Assembly (NCBI GenBank): GCA_011364975.1
Contig: RDOE01000044.1
Span: forward strand, 1-28,481
DNA: 28,481 bases
Direction: 5' to 3'
Source of the DNA: Promethearchaeota archaeon
GTDB taxonomy: Archaea > Asgardarchaeota > Lokiarchaeia > Sigyniarchaeales > SOKP01
Positions 27,493 through 28,481 of the stretch are shown piece after piece (the first letter of the stretch is position 1; each line of letters begins with the position of its first letter). The position numbers and the translations under genes are program-made. Below the pieces are notes generated by a model. It saw only the letters and a list, made by a program, of their open reading frames with translations, did not search any database and was not told where the DNA came from.

Positions 27493-28383
27493 ATGGTGAA
27501 TATTATGGCTAAGGTAGCTGTTATTTCTACAAAAGATCGCATTTATGGGGTAAATAAATCATTCGAGTTATTAGGGATTAATTCTATTAAAAATAAGCAT
27601 GTGATCCTTAAGCCAAATTTTAATACCGCGGACCCTCCTCCTGCTTCAAGCTCAATGGAAACAGTAAAGCAAATTGTCATCAATCTAAAAAAAATAGGGG
27701 CAAAATCTATAACAATCGCTGAACGAAGTGGACCCGCTGACACTCAGGAAACTTTTAAAAAAAAAGGACTCTATTCTCTTGGAGAGGAGTTAGATGTAAA
27801 GATAGTGGATTTAACCGCGTTATCTAAAGATGATTTTGTCCAAAAAAACCCAGAAGGAAATCATTGGAAAAATGGATTCCTCTTTCCTAAAATATACGAT
27901 ACTGCAGAATGCATTATTGAAACATGTTGCTTAAAGACACATATGTATGGAGGACATTTTACATTATCTCTCAAAAACGCCGTTGCATTAGTACCAAAAA
28001 AGTTTATGGGTGAATTACATTCTTCCAAATATCAAAGAGAAATGATTACGGAGATTAATAGCGTATTCGCACCGGATCTGATTATTATGGATGGAATCCT
28101 TTGTTTTGTTGATGGAGGACCAATGGATGGCACTTTAAAAGAATCGAATGTATTTGTTGCAGGTATCGATAGGATAGCGGTTGATGCGGTTGGGGTTGCA
28201 ATCCTCCGAATTTTAGGTACAACTCCCGAAGTAAGCAATGGTCCTATCTTTCAACAACTACAAATAAAAAGAGCCGTAGAATTAGGGATAGGCATCTCAT
28301 CAGCCCATGATATTGAATTTTTAACTGATTCCGGTTCATCTGAAAAACTGGTTTCTCAAATTAAAGAAAAATTGTCGTTGTAA
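27493..28383 (+). CDS. DUF362-family protein (putative Fe-S associated)
   Basis: VILKPNFN, I.IAERSG, LKTH....FTLSLKN.V, PDLIIMDG......GGP..G, D.IAVD. Confidence 0.85.
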   Translation: MVNIMAKVAVISTKDRIYGVNKSFELLGINSIKNKHVILKPNFNTADPPPASSSMETVKQIVINLKKIGAKSITIAERSGPADTQETFKKKGLYSLGEELDVKIVDLTALSKDDFVQKNPEGNHWKNGFLFPKIYDTAECIIETCCLKTHMYGGHFTLSLKNAVALVPKKFMGELHSSKYQREMITEINSVFAPDLIIMDGILCFVDGGPMDGTLKESNVFVAGIDRIAVDAVGVAILRILGTTPEVSNGPIFQQLQIKRAVELGIGISSAHDIEFLTDSGSSEKLVSQIKEKLSL

Positions 28384-28395
28384 ATTAAGATAATA

Positions 28396-28481
28396 ATGAG
28401 TTTATTAGATGAATTTTCTGTTGCGGCAATTGTTTATCATAATGAAGACTATTTATTATTAAAATACGGACTTGGACATTG
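28396..28481 (+). CDS. NUDIX hydrolase (Ap4A-hydrolase-like), 3'-truncated by the window edge, not in the ORF track
   Basis: Hand translation MSLLDEFSVAAIVYHNEDYLLLKYGLGH(W). E.S..A+V....YLLL.Y..GHW is the typical lead-in to the Nudix box, which lies outside the window. Confidence 0.7.
   Translation, partial: MSLLDEFSVAAIVYHNEDYLLLKYGLGH

Noticed and set aside
22219-28238. ORFs 22219..22428, 22776..23111, 24259..24489, 24691..24987, 25675..25896, 27543..27743 and 28032..28238
   Set aside because: Antisense shadows of supported genes.
1-28481. CRISPR arrays, tRNA/rRNA genes, transposases, integrases, defence systems
   Set aside because: No spaced direct repeats, GC-rich structured RNA segments or matching protein motifs were seen by eye.

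Overview
AT-rich, gene-dense archaeal chromosomal segment, most likely from an Asgard archaeon (Lokiarchaeia/Promethearchaeota-like). The taxonomic call is inferred from archaeal housekeeping genes (Sm/Lsm, Rio2, aEF-1beta with its zinc-finger neighbour, stand-alone GMP synthase subunit B, four-subunit 2-oxoacid:ferredoxin oxidoreductase) occurring with eukaryote-signature-type genes (Rab-like GTPase, PP1/PP2A-like phosphatase, gelsolin-like domain). The window also holds MutS and MutL, a 4-PAS histidine kinase, lipid enzymes and a large flippase-like fusion. I saw no rRNA, tRNA, CRISPR array or transposase. Two real genes are missing from the ORF track: a 58-aa zinc-finger protein (21586..21762, -) and a partial NUDIX hydrolase at the right edge. 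Most notable: (1) a gelsolin-like domain fused to four transmembrane helices, a candidate actin-to-membrane anchor; (2) a Cys/His + winged-helix protein with NPRL2-like features facing a Rab-like GTPase with altered G3/G4 motifs; (3) a GMP synthase B with a metazoan-like duplicated dimerisation region; (4) a lipase / ectodomain-flippase / alpha-alpha-toroid cluster; (5) a frameshifted GT87 gene between mutS and mutL; (6) a histidine kinase splitting the por operon, next to a perfect 14-bp inverted repeat. All family calls come from motif reading, not database searches.
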